From: Eledone cirrhosa
Taxonomy: Eukaryota
Reading direction: 5' to 3'
NCBI GenBank assembly: GCA_964016885.1
Contig: OZ024744.1
Span: 109,182,001-109,246,000 of the forward strand
Length of the DNA: 64,000 bases
This document shows, piece by piece, positions 24,011-38,040 of this stretch. Every line of letters starts with the position of its first letter. Within the stretch, counting starts at the first letter, position 1. The notes under the pieces were generated by a model. That model saw only the letters and a program-made list of their open reading frames with translations. It ran no database searches and had not been told where the DNA came from. The position numbers were made by a program, and so were the translations under genes.

Positions 24011-25014
24011 GTAATAGATAGTATATATATAGAGAGATATATATGCTAGCAAGGAAAGTGGAAGTTAGATGATGATGATTGTGTGTCTAAGATTTTATTT
24101 GCAGCTGTATGGGGAAAGATTCTGCAATAAAGTTTAAAAAACAGTCTAGACAGAGACAGTTATTGTTGAAAAGCAACAATGCACTCACTATTTATCTTCT
24201 GAAATGTCAACTTTCATAGTAAATGGGGGCTGTTGTTAGTGCATCTTTAATTTAACCATTCAACCATACAGTCTATGGTTGAATGGTTACATTTTTGCTG
24301 TCTAATTAGAAGATAACATTTAAAAAAGAATAGTTTTTATCTTCAAATTAAAAAAAATATTGTTCATCTATTTAACATTTTTGTAACTATATTTCTAATA
24401 AAATATGTTGTTGGTGCTTTTGAAAATAATGAAGAATTTGGAGGGGTTTGGTAAGATAAGATTTTACCTCTACCAGTAATAAGGTTCTGCAGCCAACTTT
24501 TACTAGCTATTTCCTGTTGAGATTGACTGAAATAGTTTCCCAACATAGTTTGTGTGTAATATGCAGCTCTGGGAAAAAGAAGAAAAGAGAGACAACTATT
24601 CACAGGAGGCTGGAGAGAGCTGTTTCTTGGCTCTGAAACAGAGGGAAGGAGTCTAACTAGAAGATGGACAGTGACTGGACATCACTGCTGACCCACTAAA
24701 TGGAAGGTTTTCTGAACAAGCAAACGCAATATTCAAAATGTTCCAATAGTGATCATTCCATTTTTTTTTTCTAAACCTAATGTATCAAAAACTTCATTAT
24801 CATCCAATATATTGTCATTATTTTTAAGACAGTATGGTATGATTAGAAGGGGATTTAGCTGTTACTTCTAGCAAGTTTAGTGGCTGCATACTGGTTCCCT
24901 TTTTTGGCTTATTCAGTACTATGGGGGCTTTCAACTCTTCCTTGTATAGGCAAACACACACTTAAATATAAAAGTGATGGTCTTAATGTCACACAGTCTA
25001 CCCTATAAAGGAGT

Positions 25015-25248
25015 AGTGCTATGACAAAAAAAGCCCCAGTTCACCGTGTAAGCTGGTAGTACTGGAACAGCAATAAAATGCTCCTAGTCCACACTGTAAT
25101 GTAGTTGGCTTTAGGAAGGGCATCCAGCTTAGAAGACCAAGCCAGAAATGGAACATATGAACAAGATGTGGTCACCTGACCTGTTTAGCCTCAGAACATG
25201 ATAACCTGTCTAAGTCATGTAAGCATGAAAGCAGAGATAATGATGATA
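25015..25248 (+). mobile_element. Degenerate bipartite RTE derivative (5'-UTR motif plus 3' tail, no tRNA head)
   Basis: TTAGGAAGGGCATCCAGC motif followed by a CATGTAAGCATGAAAGCAGA...(ATG)n tail. A similar remnant lies on - at about 32878-32982. Confidence 0.5.
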
Positions 25249-25409
25249 CACACACATATATCTCTATATATATATAGATATGTGTGTATGTGTGTGTGTA
25301 TGAGTATATATATATAAAAGTAGAAGTGGTATTTAATTTGTTGGAAGTCTGACAAACATAAATGTTTATAACTGATTTAGAGCACTCAACAGATACTGGA
25401 ATAAATATT

Positions 25410-25752
25410 CAATGATATTAAATAAATGGAAACTATATTTATAAAACCATATTTATTTTATTATATATATTTCAAGGGTAACCAAGACAACATTAGTACG
25501 CTTTCATCAGATAAAATACAAAGTTTGTTTTATAAATAGAGACATACCCATAAAAATCATACCTTATCGGTTGAATCCAGTGAATTTCCAACCGATAAGG
25601 TATGATTTTCATGGGTATGTCTCTATTTATAAAACAAACTTTGTATTTTATCTGATGAAAGCGTACCAATGGTTTCTTGGTTACCCTTGAAATATATATA
25701 ATAAAATAAATATGGTTTTATAAATATATAGTTTCCATTTATTTAATATCAT

Positions 25753-25754
<2 letters not shown>
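25410..25754. mobile_element. Fold-back element (~165-bp arms) carrying a minimal type I hammerhead; Penelope-like terminus
   Basis: Near-perfect inverted arms around a ~14-nt loop at about 25573-25587. Second copy at 53494-53810. Confidence 0.8.
25644..25708 (+). ncRNA. Minimal type I hammerhead ribozyme motif
   Basis: TATTTTAT-CTGATGA-AAGCGTACCAATGGTTTCTTGGTTACCCTT-GAAA-TATATA-TA-ATAAAATA. 8-bp stem I, paired stem II, palindromic stem III, UA site. Confidence 0.7.
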
Positions 25755-25781
<27 letters not shown>

Positions 25782-25789
<8 letters not shown>

Positions 25790-26197
25790 ATGCTTTGGGA
25801 GGGTCATGTTGCCAATAAGAAACACATGCACCAGTTGCTTTCACTCCAATTTATTATAAATTAAATTTATAAATTTAAGAATTTATAAATTTCCGGTTGG
25901 TTGGTTGGTTCCATAACCGGACGGTTGTTCATATATTGTCAAAGTTCTTTCGTCACACATTCTGTGACCTCTTGTCACAGAATTTGTGACGAAAGAACTT
26001 TGACAATATATGAACAACCGTCCGGTTATGGAACCAACCAACCATCAGAAATTTATAAATTTAATTTATAATAAATTGGAGTGATAGCAACTGGTGCGTG
26101 TGTTTCTTATTGGCAACATGACCCTCCCAAAGCATAACAATATCAGTTTCGACACACGTTTTCAGATAAAGAATCTTGCTAAACAAATTCAGAAACG

Positions 26198-26200
<3 letters not shown>
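25782..26200. mobile_element. Fold-back element (~170-bp arms, 25782-26143) with a one-sided extension
   Basis: Inverted arms centred on CTGTGAC-ctctt-GTCACAG. Homologous to 3606-3820. Confidence 0.8.
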
Positions 26201-26239
<39 letters not shown>

Positions 26240-26298
26240 TTGCACATTATTTAAATGCATATGTTATATATTTTTAAAATAATTTTTTCTGTGATCAG

Positions 26299-26574
26299 GT
26301 TTTGCCAGTCTCCCTCTGGTTGATCAGATGAATCTGTTACAACACTCGTGGCTAGAAATTCTCTGCCTCAATCTTGCACATCGATCCTGCCCTTATAACC
26401 ACTTCTTAAAATTTGCTGAAGACTTCAAAATTGACCAAGAGCAAGCTGCTAACACATATGGTTGCTCACCAAAGATGGATAACCTCAGTAGGAAACTGGC
26501 CAGCAAAATAACAAGTCTTGGAGTGACTAAAGAGGAATATATTTTATTGAAAGCCTTAATTCTTTGCAATCCTG
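26299..26574 (+). CDS. ERR: ERR exon: LBD helices 4-9
   Basis: atcAG acceptor and GTTAGT donor at 26575. (G)FASLPLVDQMNLLQHSWLEILCLNLAHRS...KFAEDF...GVTKEEYILLKALILCNP, with the F..L...DQ..LL and EEY..LKA nuclear-receptor motifs. Confidence 0.95.
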
Positions 26575-26994
26575 GTTAGTTTTGTTTGTTTTTCTTTTGT
26601 TGTTATTGTTGTCGTTGCTGCTGCTGCTGTTGTTGTTGCTCCTGATGCTGATGCTGATGCTGCTGCTGCGGTGATTGTGGTGGCGGTGGCAATGGAGGTG
26701 GTGGTGGTTGAGAACCAATGTCTTTCACTCAATATGACTGTAATATAGTCAAATAAAAAACCCCATTCATATTCAGGAGCAGATGAAGCTGTTTGGTTAA
26801 CAAGTTTTATTCACAACCATTTCCTTCCATGTTCAATCCCAGTTAGTTACATTTTACCATAAATTCTTCCAAAGTCATGATTACTTTGAAAATTTATCAA
26901 CACATTTACAGTGTATTCCATTAAAATTTCTTCTTCTTCTTCTTCTTCTTCTTCTTCTTCTTCTTCTTCTTCTTCTTCTTCTTCTTCTTCTTCT

Positions 26995-27336
26995 TGAGGC
27001 ACATGGCTTAGTGGTTAGAGCATTGGCCTTGCAATCGAAAGGTTGTGAGTTCAATTTTCAGACCGGGTGATGTGGTTTCCTTGAGCAAGACGCTTTATTT
27101 CACATTGCTCCAGTTTACTCAGCTGTAGAAATGAGATGGTAGGGACTGGGGTCCCTATCATTCCACTGCAAGGTGGTCGTGGAGGTGCCACGGCAGAAAA
27201 AGCACTCAACACTCACTGTAAATGAGGTTGGTGTTAGGAAGGGCATCCAGCTGTATAAATCAAGCCAGAATCAGTTCCTGTCCCACCCTTGCACGCAGGG
27301 AAAAAGTGGACGTAAAATGAAATGATGATGATGATG
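26995..27336 (+). mobile_element. SINE family A, full length, next to a (TTC)n run
   Basis: Same consensus as the other family A copies. Confidence 0.9.
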
Positions 27337-27474
27337 TCCACACTTATAACTTACTCATTAATTTTCAAATGTTTCCAAAAATTGTTGAAAATATAAATAA
27401 AAAAAGATATTTTGATCAAATTTGCTTTATTTACTTTGGCTGGGGCTGTAGCTCCACAAACTAAAGTAAAAAGT

Positions 27475-27785
27475 GTACCAGTAATATCTCAAGTATATAT
27501 AGAGAGGTAGGAGGTATAAGATGTACCAGTAATATCTTAAGTATATAGAGAGGTAGGAGGTATAAGATGTACCAGTAATATCTTTGGTACACAGAGAGGT
27601 AGGAGGTATAAGATGTACCAGTAATATCTTTGGTACACTGAGAGGTAGAAGGTATAAGATGTACCAGTAATATCTTTGGTACACAGAGAGCTAGGAGGTA
27701 TAAGATGTACCAGTAATATCTTTGGTACACAGAGAGGTAGGAGGTATAAGATGTACCAGTAATATCTTTGGTACACAGAGAGGTA
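27475..27785. repeat. 46-bp minisatellite, about 7 copies
   Basis: Unit GTACCAGTAATATCTTTGGTACACAGAGAGGTAGGAGGTATAAGAT. Confidence 0.93.
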
Positions 27786-27852
27786 ATTCTAGAATATCTT
27801 TATCCATTACAGCTTTGTTACTTGTTATCATATCTTTCTTTCTATTTTCTAG

Positions 27853-28094
27853 ATGTGACTTCTGACAGCAATGGCTCAGTGAAACAACTTCAAGACAAAT
27901 TCCACGATACGCTCATTGAATATGTGAAAACAAAGCATACCGGTAACATGCGTCGGTTGGGACACCTTCTCATGCTTCTACCACACCTAACGCATGTAAA
28001 ACTGCTGGCAAGACAGTATTGGTTTGATGTAAAAAAAGATGGCCGCGTCATCATGCACAAGCTGTTTTTAGAGATGCTCGAAGCTGATTCTTGA
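27853..28094 (+). CDS. ERR: ERR terminal coding exon: LBD helices 9-12 (AF-2) and stop
   Basis: ttctAG acceptor. (D)VTSDSNGSVKQLQDKFHDTL...RRLGHLLMLLPHL...[27 protein letters not shown] is the ERR AF-2 signature. TGA at 28092-28094. Confidence 0.95.
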
Positions 28095-28206
28095 TGTTGC
28101 GTAGCATAGCATATTAACATAGCCAAATTCACCATGGATAATAGTAAATACATACATATACATACATATACATACATAAACACAGACACATACACATATA
28201 TACACT

Positions 28207-28250
<44 letters not shown>

Positions 28251-28335
28251 CATATGTATGTGTACATTTACGTATATATACACACACACACACATATATA
28301 TATATGCATATGTGTGTGTACATATACATATATAT

Positions 28336-28380
<45 letters not shown>

Positions 28381-28429
28381 TATGTGTGTGTACATATATA
28401 TATATGCATATGTGTGTGTACATATACAC

Positions 28430-28470
<41 letters not shown>

Positions 28471-28497
28471 CATAAATGTATGTATATTGTGTATGTA

Positions 28498-28528
<31 letters not shown>

Positions 28529-30274
28529 ATGTGTACTCACACACAGACACACACATATATATATACACACACATGCACATATATATACATATATGTATGT
28601 ATATTGTGTATGTATATTGTGTATGTATATGTGTATGTGTATGTGTGTGTGCGTGTATGTGTATATAGAAAGAGAGAGAGAGATGTAAATGTAGAACTTT
28701 TAAAATAAAGAAGCTGATAGGTTTCATTTGCTCACATCTGACAAATACCTAGCTGGACATCTTTTTAAACTGTTTATGTGTGGTTAGGGTTTACAAATTC
28801 ATAAGCCATCATCATCAGTCTTGACTGAATCTGAAAGAAGAAATATCATAAGAATGACACATTTTTATATAGTTACTTCTTCTACTCCTAAATTTATGAA
28901 AACATTCAGAGGAAAAAAAAAAATAATAATAGTAATATATAAATTATTACTGGATATTTTTTTTTTTTACTTTCAACAAAAAAGAAAGGAGTTTAGTTGT
29001 GGCTTTATAAAACGAATAACAAAACTTCTGCCCTTCTTGGATTTCAGATGGGTCTTGGATACAAACTGCTTCCCCTTTATTTATAAGGAGAGGGATTTTG
29101 GGGTTTTTTTTTTTATGGTGCAGGCTTTAGACATCAGCCAAAACCCTGGGCCACATTACACATATTGGTTTTGAAAAAAAAAATGATCTTAGTACCACAA
29201 CCACTTCGAAGACAAAAGAATTTCATTACTCCCGATATTTGTATGAAAATATATGAAAATTTTCATAACAAACTTTGTGATATGTTTGACTAGCCTTAAC
29301 TTGCTTAAACTCTCAGTCGACGTTCTTGACAATTACATAGAATATAGTTCTTGGTTTTCTTTTTCTTTTCTTTTTTTTTTTTCTTCCTTGGTATGATAAA
29401 TTGTGGTGATATAGATAGAATGATAGATAGACAAAAGAAAAGAAAAAAAAAGAAAAGAAAAAGACTGAGTTTGGAAGGTTGGTGACGTGTGTTATATTGT
29501 TATTTTTGCCCTCCCCCCAATGTTTTTTTAACCATGCGGTATGGGGGGGATGGGTAATCTTCAAAAATAAAAAAATAAAAAATTATCAACTAAACAATAA
29601 CAAAAAAAAAACTTTAAAAAAAATTTTTTTTTTTCATCAAAATCTGGTAAGTTTTTTTTTTATTATTAAATCATTTGTTTAGATCACTCACAGAGAAAAT
29701 AAGCATGTCTCCCAAATGTTCACCCCATCCTGCCCACCCTCACCTCCCACACAACACTGGCCAACTCAGCATTGGTACCTAACGGAGAGAAAACAATAAT
29801 TGGGTACCATCATCATCTTTTCTTAACACCCCCCACCATTCTCCTACAACCTACACCCCCCACCTCATCCATGATTGTTTGGGAGCTGATTGTTAGCTGA
29901 GTGATGATTTAAGTTGTGTGTTTTTTTTTTTTTTTGTTTTTTTTTCACAATATAGTAGCTTGTTGTTCATGGTTTCAAACCTCACCCCAGTCAGACATCC
30001 ATTTTTCTGTCTTCAGGGGAAAATTATTTGTAGTTTTTTTTTTTTGTTTGTTTTTGTTTTTTTTTTCTATCTGGTGTGCTTTATATTCCATGTTTCCATG
30101 TCCCTGTAGAGAAAACAGAGCCTTGTAGTCCCTCTTATCCAGCCACATTGTTATATCAGTCAAAGCTGGTATGGAGTGTTCTACAGATGCTAAACAATTT
30201 CATAGTTTTCAAACCAAAATTTAAAAAAAGAGAGCAAAACAGAAATCAGCCACATGCAATGATTGTTGGAGGGT

Positions 30275-30328
<54 letters not shown>

Positions 30329-30489
30329 CATGTGTGTGTGTGTGTGTGTGTATATATGTGTGTGTGTGTGTGTGTGTATGTGTGTGTGTGTGTATATATA
30401 TATGTGTGTGTATATCCTAACAGTTACATTTTGTAAACATTTGTAGTTATCTTCATTCTTATTGTTATTTTAATTTATTTTATATTTCA

Positions 30490-30583
<94 letters not shown>

Positions 30584-30927
30584 CTGTGTATACATACATA
30601 CACATACATACATATATTTGTCTTGTCTTGTCTTATGTGATTTGTGACTTCAAAAAGAGACTGATGTATATGAAAGATATCACCTCATCATTGTCAACTA
30701 ATCTTTATTTAATGTCTAGTTACCAACTCATGAACAACTTCAAACACTTCCACACACAATTATTCCCCCATTTTACGATTTACCTTTACCTTTACCTTTT
30801 ACCTTTACCTTTATTTTCAAAGATGATCACAGACAAAACAATATTATTGTAGAAGAGAGGGAACAAAAAAATCAAAACACATTTCTCTCTTACATTCTCC
30901 CATCTCCCCCACCCCCTCCCTTCCCCC

Positions 30928-31057
<130 letters not shown>

Positions 31058-31128
31058 TAAATATTTATATATATGTTACTGTGTGCTATTATTATTGTGT
31101 ATGTGCATGCATATATATATATATATAT

Positions 31129-31212
<84 letters not shown>

Positions 31213-31279
31213 GTGTGTATGTATAGATATATACATATATATGTATATATATGTATATATATGTATATATATATACATA

Positions 31280-31310
<31 letters not shown>

Positions 31311-31509
31311 GTACATATATATATAATGCTGTTGTTAATTTTTTGTAGAACTGAAAGAGATCACACTTAAATAAGATTCTCAGCACATTAAGTAGACAGA
31401 ATACATTATATATTTCTGATGGAAAACATCTACATTTCTTGTCCTGTAGAAGCTATTTCTATAAAAAAACACATTATGCATAAGTATTTATATGTTCATG
31501 TGTATGTGT

Positions 31510-31662
31510 GAGTATATATATTATATATATATATATATTATATATATATATATATTATATATATATATTATATATATGTATATTATATATATATATATAT
31601 ATAATATATATACATATATATATATATATATTATATATATATATTATGTATGTATATATATA

Positions 31663-31696
<34 letters not shown>

Positions 31697-31812
31697 TTTA
31701 TATATATATTATATATATATATATTTTATATATATATTATATATATATATTATATTATATATATATATATTATATATATATATATTATATTATATATATA
31801 TATATATTATAT

Positions 31813-31871
<59 letters not shown>

Positions 31872-31905
31872 ATAATATTATATATATGTATATATATATA
31901 TTATA

Positions 31906-31943
<38 letters not shown>

Positions 31944-32020
31944 CATATATATATTATATATATATATTATGTATATATATATTATATATATACATATATA
32001 TATTATATATATATATTATG

Positions 32021-32051
<31 letters not shown>

Positions 32052-32070
32052 TATATATATATTATGTATA

Positions 32071-32107
<37 letters not shown>

Positions 32108-32137
32108 TATATATATATATTATATATATATTATGTA

Positions 32138-32174
<37 letters not shown>

Positions 32175-32196
32175 TATATATATATATTATGTATAT

Positions 32197-32227
<31 letters not shown>

Positions 32228-32271
32228 GACACATACAAGCAGTCGCACTATATATATATATATATGTATAT

Positions 32272-32302
<31 letters not shown>

Positions 32303-32346
32303 GACACATACAAGCAGTCGCACTATATATATATATATATGTATAT

Positions 32347-32377
<31 letters not shown>

Positions 32378-32395
32378 GACACATACAAGCAGTCG

Positions 32396-32444
<49 letters not shown>

Positions 32445-32470
32445 TACATATAGACACACACAAGCAGGTG
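31510..32470. repeat. About 1-kb degenerate (TA)n tract; similar tracts at 38540-39445, 50690-51390 and 54040-55060
   Basis: Nearly pure AT dinucleotide runs with TG/CA interruptions. Confidence 0.95.
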
Positions 32471-32840
32471 CACACACACACACACACACTATGGACATGA
32501 AAATGAGAAAATGATATTAACGATAAACAATAATTTTCTATTACAAAGGCATTTTTTTCATGATTGAAAATATTTAAAAAAAAATCCCAATTTAAACCTA
32601 ATATAGTCAAAATATTTCTCTACCATTGAAAGAATCATGTGGGTGTATCATTGTTACACGCACACACACATACACAGACGTATACACACAGACATATACA
32701 GAGACATATACACATACAGCCATCTTTTTCCGTTCAGTGGGTTTATATACCCCATTATTATTATAGTAAATAAAATTACGGTGAAGCTTCTTTTTCTATT
32801 TCAATTCTAAACTTTGCTCACCGCATTCCAAACATACTTC

Positions 32841-32876
<36 letters not shown>

Positions 32877-33287
32877 TTATCATCATAGATTTTACATCAA
32901 CTTCTCCATGCTAATGTGGGTTGAACGGTACTGTTGGGGGGCAATATTTTACAGCCAATTACCCTTCCTGACCCCAACCCTTTTAGTTGCTTCTTAGTAC
33001 ACACACAGATACGATGTACATATTCTAAACCAGATACACATTGCTATATATATATATATATAGCTATATATATATATATATATATGTCTGTGTGTGTTTG
33101 TGTATATATATATATATGTGTGTGTGTGTGAGAGAGAGAGAGAAGACAGAATACTCTGATGAAGAAGAAGTAAGAATAAAACAAAAGAATACGACAAGAC
33201 AGGGAGAATGACTTGAGATTCCTTTGGTTTTATGGTCTTATTAACACTGCTGCTTCAGCTTCTATAATCTTACAGATCTTATATATA

Positions 33288-33334
<47 letters not shown>

Positions 33335-33465
33335 GAGTTAGCACCCATCACACAGCAATACCCAACCCACCCCACTTTTCCATCATGAATGTCTGATGAG
33401 AAGCAACTTGAGGCTAATGTGTAAACAAAATAAACTCTATACTACCCGAATTACTTTAAAATATA

Positions 33466-33542
<77 letters not shown>

Positions 33543-33958
33543 TAAATAAATAAATAAACTATTGGTTGAAAAGATGAAAGATGAAATATCAATAAAGTAT
33601 AAAACAAAAATATTATCAAATCAGTTTATTATTATTGAACTTAGTTAATATCCACACAAAATTATATTTACAGTAAAAAAAAAAGGAGAGAAAAATTATG
33701 AAAAATGAGTAAAAAAAATATGAAAAACACTATAGTCAGCTGTAATGAGTTGGTTTTTTTACTGTTTTCTCTTTCTCCTCTCTTTCTTTTCAACATTTAG
33801 TTTTTTGGGGCTTTTTATGTGTTTGTTCTTTTTATGAGGAAACTGATAAATTTCACCAGTATTTTATAACAAATTTACCAGTTTGTATGTATGTGTGTTT
33901 CTTTTTCTATGTACTGTCTATATGTATATACATTTTTTGTCCATATCTACATGTGTGT

Positions 33959-33991
<33 letters not shown>

Positions 33992-34088
33992 CTAGTTATG
34001 TAATATAGCAATCAGTTTTGCTCCTCACCCCTTCAAACTTCAATTTTTAAAAAAAATTAATTAGGTTTCATGGTTCCAAATTATCATT

Positions 34089-34146
<58 letters not shown>

Positions 34147-34153
34147 ATGTGTC

Positions 34154-34184
<31 letters not shown>

Positions 34185-34389
34185 GTGCACAAACATGTAT
34201 GCTCACACCATATACAGAGAGAGATAGATACATAGATAGCTAGATAGATAGTTACATATACATACATCCAACTTAGTAACTCAACCAATGTATTGTATAT
34301 ACCATTCTATATACACCATTATATTAGCAGATGTGTTTTTATCGCAGCAACTGTATATTTTAGTAGACGGCTGTTTCTTTGTTTTTTTT

Positions 34390-34474
<85 letters not shown>

Positions 34475-35539
34475 TAAAACCAAATATATGAGTAAAATGT
34501 CTAAATGTATGATGTTAAGAGAGAAGTTGACAAGCCATAAGAACAGCTTGGCTAAAGCTGTTCTAAACAAACCCGTCCAAACCCATGTCTTCATGGAATT
34601 GAAGGACGTTAAAAATATATACTCACCATAGAAGGATGGTAATGGTGAAGGTAGTAGCAGAGGTTGATGTGGTGATGGTGACGCTGGTAGATTTAGTTAT
34701 TATCATAGTTGTAGGGTGGATGATGATAATAATTTTTGTATAAGAAAGTTTCTCATAAAACTAAATTTAATTTTTTCACCACACTTGCACACGTACGCAT
34801 ACATATAAAATAACAGAAATATATTTACACACACACACACACACACATGTATGTATATATATATGTGTGTGTGTGTGTGTGTATGCAAACAGTAAACAGA
34901 AAAAACAAAACCATAGTAGAATGAAGAAATATATTAGTTTAACACTTGATATGGTAAGGAAAGAGTTTATATATTTCACACACTAGTCCTTCATCAGCAG
35001 ATAGAGTGACAAATAAAAGATGAAATAGAAAGACAGAGAGTGAGAAGGGAAAGGACTGAGAAAAAGTATGTGTGTATTCAGTCATTTTAAAGAAATGATG
35101 GTCAGTGAGTATCTTAGGTATTAGAGAAGTTTAGCAAGGGAGATAATCATTGTATATTTTTGAGTGGACATGTGCGTGCACAGCACATATAGGTTTGATT
35201 GTTTGTGTGAAAGTGGTGAAGGAAGGTCTTTGGACTATAATGGAGCTAGCTGCAGTGAGAGTGTAGAAGTGTGAGTGACCAATGTAGGGAGGTGTACAGA
35301 TATTATATCAAATTCTGCACACATGCAAAAGCATTCTCAAGAAAGAGAATCAGTAGCAAATATGATCGTAGCCTTATATATTTCAATTCATTGTATGGCT
35401 GTAAGAGAAACTGCTTGGCTTTGGGTATAACAATATTTCTTTACTGGTTTCAACTCTGATCATGCCGGAGCTCCAATGTGTGTGTGTGTGTGTTTATATT
35501 TATATTAGAAATATGCAAAAAAAAAATATATATATATAT

Positions 35540-35735
35540 ATAGGAGTAAGGAAGACCCCGACGGCTGAGCTCAAGCCGTTTCGACGGCTAATTCTGTACA
35601 GAATTAGCCGTCGAAACGGCTTGAGCTCAGCCGTCGGGGTCTTACTTACTCCTATTACCCACTCTACTACCCTAAGTATTGAGTACTTTGGTGCGTTATG
35701 GTCCACCTAGTTCCTTACCACTTTTCCTTCGCTAT
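35540..35735. mobile_element. Palindromic element (116-bp, loop-less, 1 mismatch) plus a unique tail; Penelope-like terminus
   Basis: Palindrome 35540-35655 centred on TGTACA, then CCCACTCTAC...GTATTGAGTACTTTGGTGCG. Second copy at 49591-49795. Confidence 0.8.
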
Positions 35736-35969
35736 ATATATATATATATATCTGTGTGTTTTTCACACTTCACACAAATATACACATGCATGTATGTTTG
35801 TGTTTAAATTACTGCAAAATTTGTGTTTCTTTGCAATAACCTGGATTTTCTTTTTTGTTTGTTTGCAAAAACAAAAATAAATAGGTTATTGTAATGAAAT
35901 TTTGTGGTACATACACACACACACACACACACACATACATACATGTGTATATGTGTGTGTGTGAATATA

Positions 35970-36008
<39 letters not shown>

Positions 36009-36299
36009 GAGAGGTATAGAGATTGTTTTAGCGAGAAGCTAATAGTATTCTATAACATATATGCGACTATAACGTAAGATTTAGGAAAAATAATTCAAAC
36101 TCATCTCAAAAGAGAATCAGGATACAAATTCATCCACAGAATTTAGTGAAATCCATGGAAAAATCAATGGACCTTTAACTCATGATAACATAAAGTTTAA
36201 AACACTTATCCTTCAATTTGGAATAACATCAAATGCTCTGTATAGTCTTAAAAGACTATTTCATGAAAACTTTCAGTGGAGATGGTCTATATATATATG

Positions 36300-36360
<61 letters not shown>

Positions 36361-36648
36361 ATAATAATAAAATTGAAGACTAAAATCCAAAGAGGGCTCG
36401 ATAAGGAAAATATATATCAAATATATAAGAACCGTAGAGCAAATATTTATTAAAATAAAAGATTAAAGGATTCTTTGCTTAAACTTTAATCTGTTATTTT
36501 AATAAATATATATATATATAGAGAGAGAGAGAATGAGAGAGAGAGTCTGCAGTGCTGAGACCGAGGAGACCACTGATTATAGGAGTACTCAATGAATGGG
36601 GAGATGTAGAGTGGGTGTAGAGATTTCCTATCTTTCTATATATATATA

Positions 36649-36698
<50 letters not shown>

Positions 36699-36716
36699 TA
36701 TATACATATACACTAT

Positions 36717-36753
<37 letters not shown>

Positions 36754-36780
36754 TATATACATATACACTATCATTGTTGT

Positions 36781-36811
<31 letters not shown>

Positions 36812-36869
36812 GCTACCACCATCCCATCACTGCAACAAACATCATCATAAAAGCTGCCACCACCATCAC

Positions 36870-36901
<32 letters not shown>

Positions 36902-37000
36902 CCACCGTTGTTATCAAATTCATTAAATGTTGGAGACTAGAGTGACAATCAGCTTTAGAGTTTGTTTTTTTAACTCCTCCCCTTTCAACTTCCTTATCTC

Positions 37001-37038
<38 letters not shown>

Positions 37039-37118
37039 TTTTCTTTTGGCCAGAAGGGCGATGTTATTTTCACCTCCATTATAACAACTGTTGACTTAAC
37101 AAATTACACTGTTATTAC

Positions 37119-37171
<53 letters not shown>

Positions 37172-37337
37172 TTATTGCTGTTGTTATTATTATTATTTTA
37201 TATATTTCAGTAGTTTTATTTTTATTGTATGCTTTCACAGCATAGCCGAGCCCAGCTTGGCTGCAGTGCACCTCAGTCATATGCACCTTGCATATGTGCA
37301 GTGCTTTGTTTGTTTTGGTTTTATGTATTCTATCGTA

Positions 37338-37380
<43 letters not shown>

Positions 37381-37551
37381 ATATTAAGATTAATGTTGTT
37401 ATCACTACCATCATGGTTATTTTTTAAGTATTATCAACTAAAACACCACCACCTTCACAATCATTATTATTATTAATGTTGTTGTTATTATTATTATCAT
37501 CATTAACACCATCCTCAATATTATCACCATTGCAGTCTTGCCCTTGGCTAC

Positions 37552-38040
37552 TTGCTGGTCTTAAAATAGAATCTTAAACCTAATTTGCTGGTTTAAAATA
37601 AAGTCTTGAGACTATTTGTTAATCTTAAAATAAAGTCTTAAGTCTATTTGTTGGTCTTAAAATAAAGTCTTAAGTCTATTTGTTGGTCTTAAAATAAAGT
37701 CTTAAGTCTATTTGTTGGTCTTAAAATAAAGTCTTAAGTCCATTTGTTGGTCTTAAAATAGAGTCTTAAGTCCATTTGTTGGTCTTAAAATAGAGTCTTA
37801 AGTCCATTTGTTGGTCTTAAAATAGAGTCTTAAGTCCATTTGTTGGTCTTAAAATAGAGTCTTAGGTCCAATTGTTGGTCTTAAAATAGAGTCTTAAGTC
37901 CATTTGTTGGTCTTAAAATAGAGTCTTAAGTCCAATTATTGGTCTTAAAATAGAGTCTTAAGTCCATTTGTTGGTCTTAAAATAGAGTCTTAAGTCTATT
38001 TGTTAATCTTAAAATAGAGTCTTAAGTCTAAGTCTATTTG
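37552..38040. repeat. 32-bp minisatellite, about 15 copies
   Basis: Unit CATTTGTTGGTCTTAAAATAGAGTCTTAAGTC. Confidence 0.93.

Noticed and set aside
26143-26175. Second hammerhead on the minus strand (CTGAAAA-CGTGTGTC-GAAAC)
   Set aside because: The invariant G8 is missing in both copies (also at about 3640) and stem II is poorly paired.
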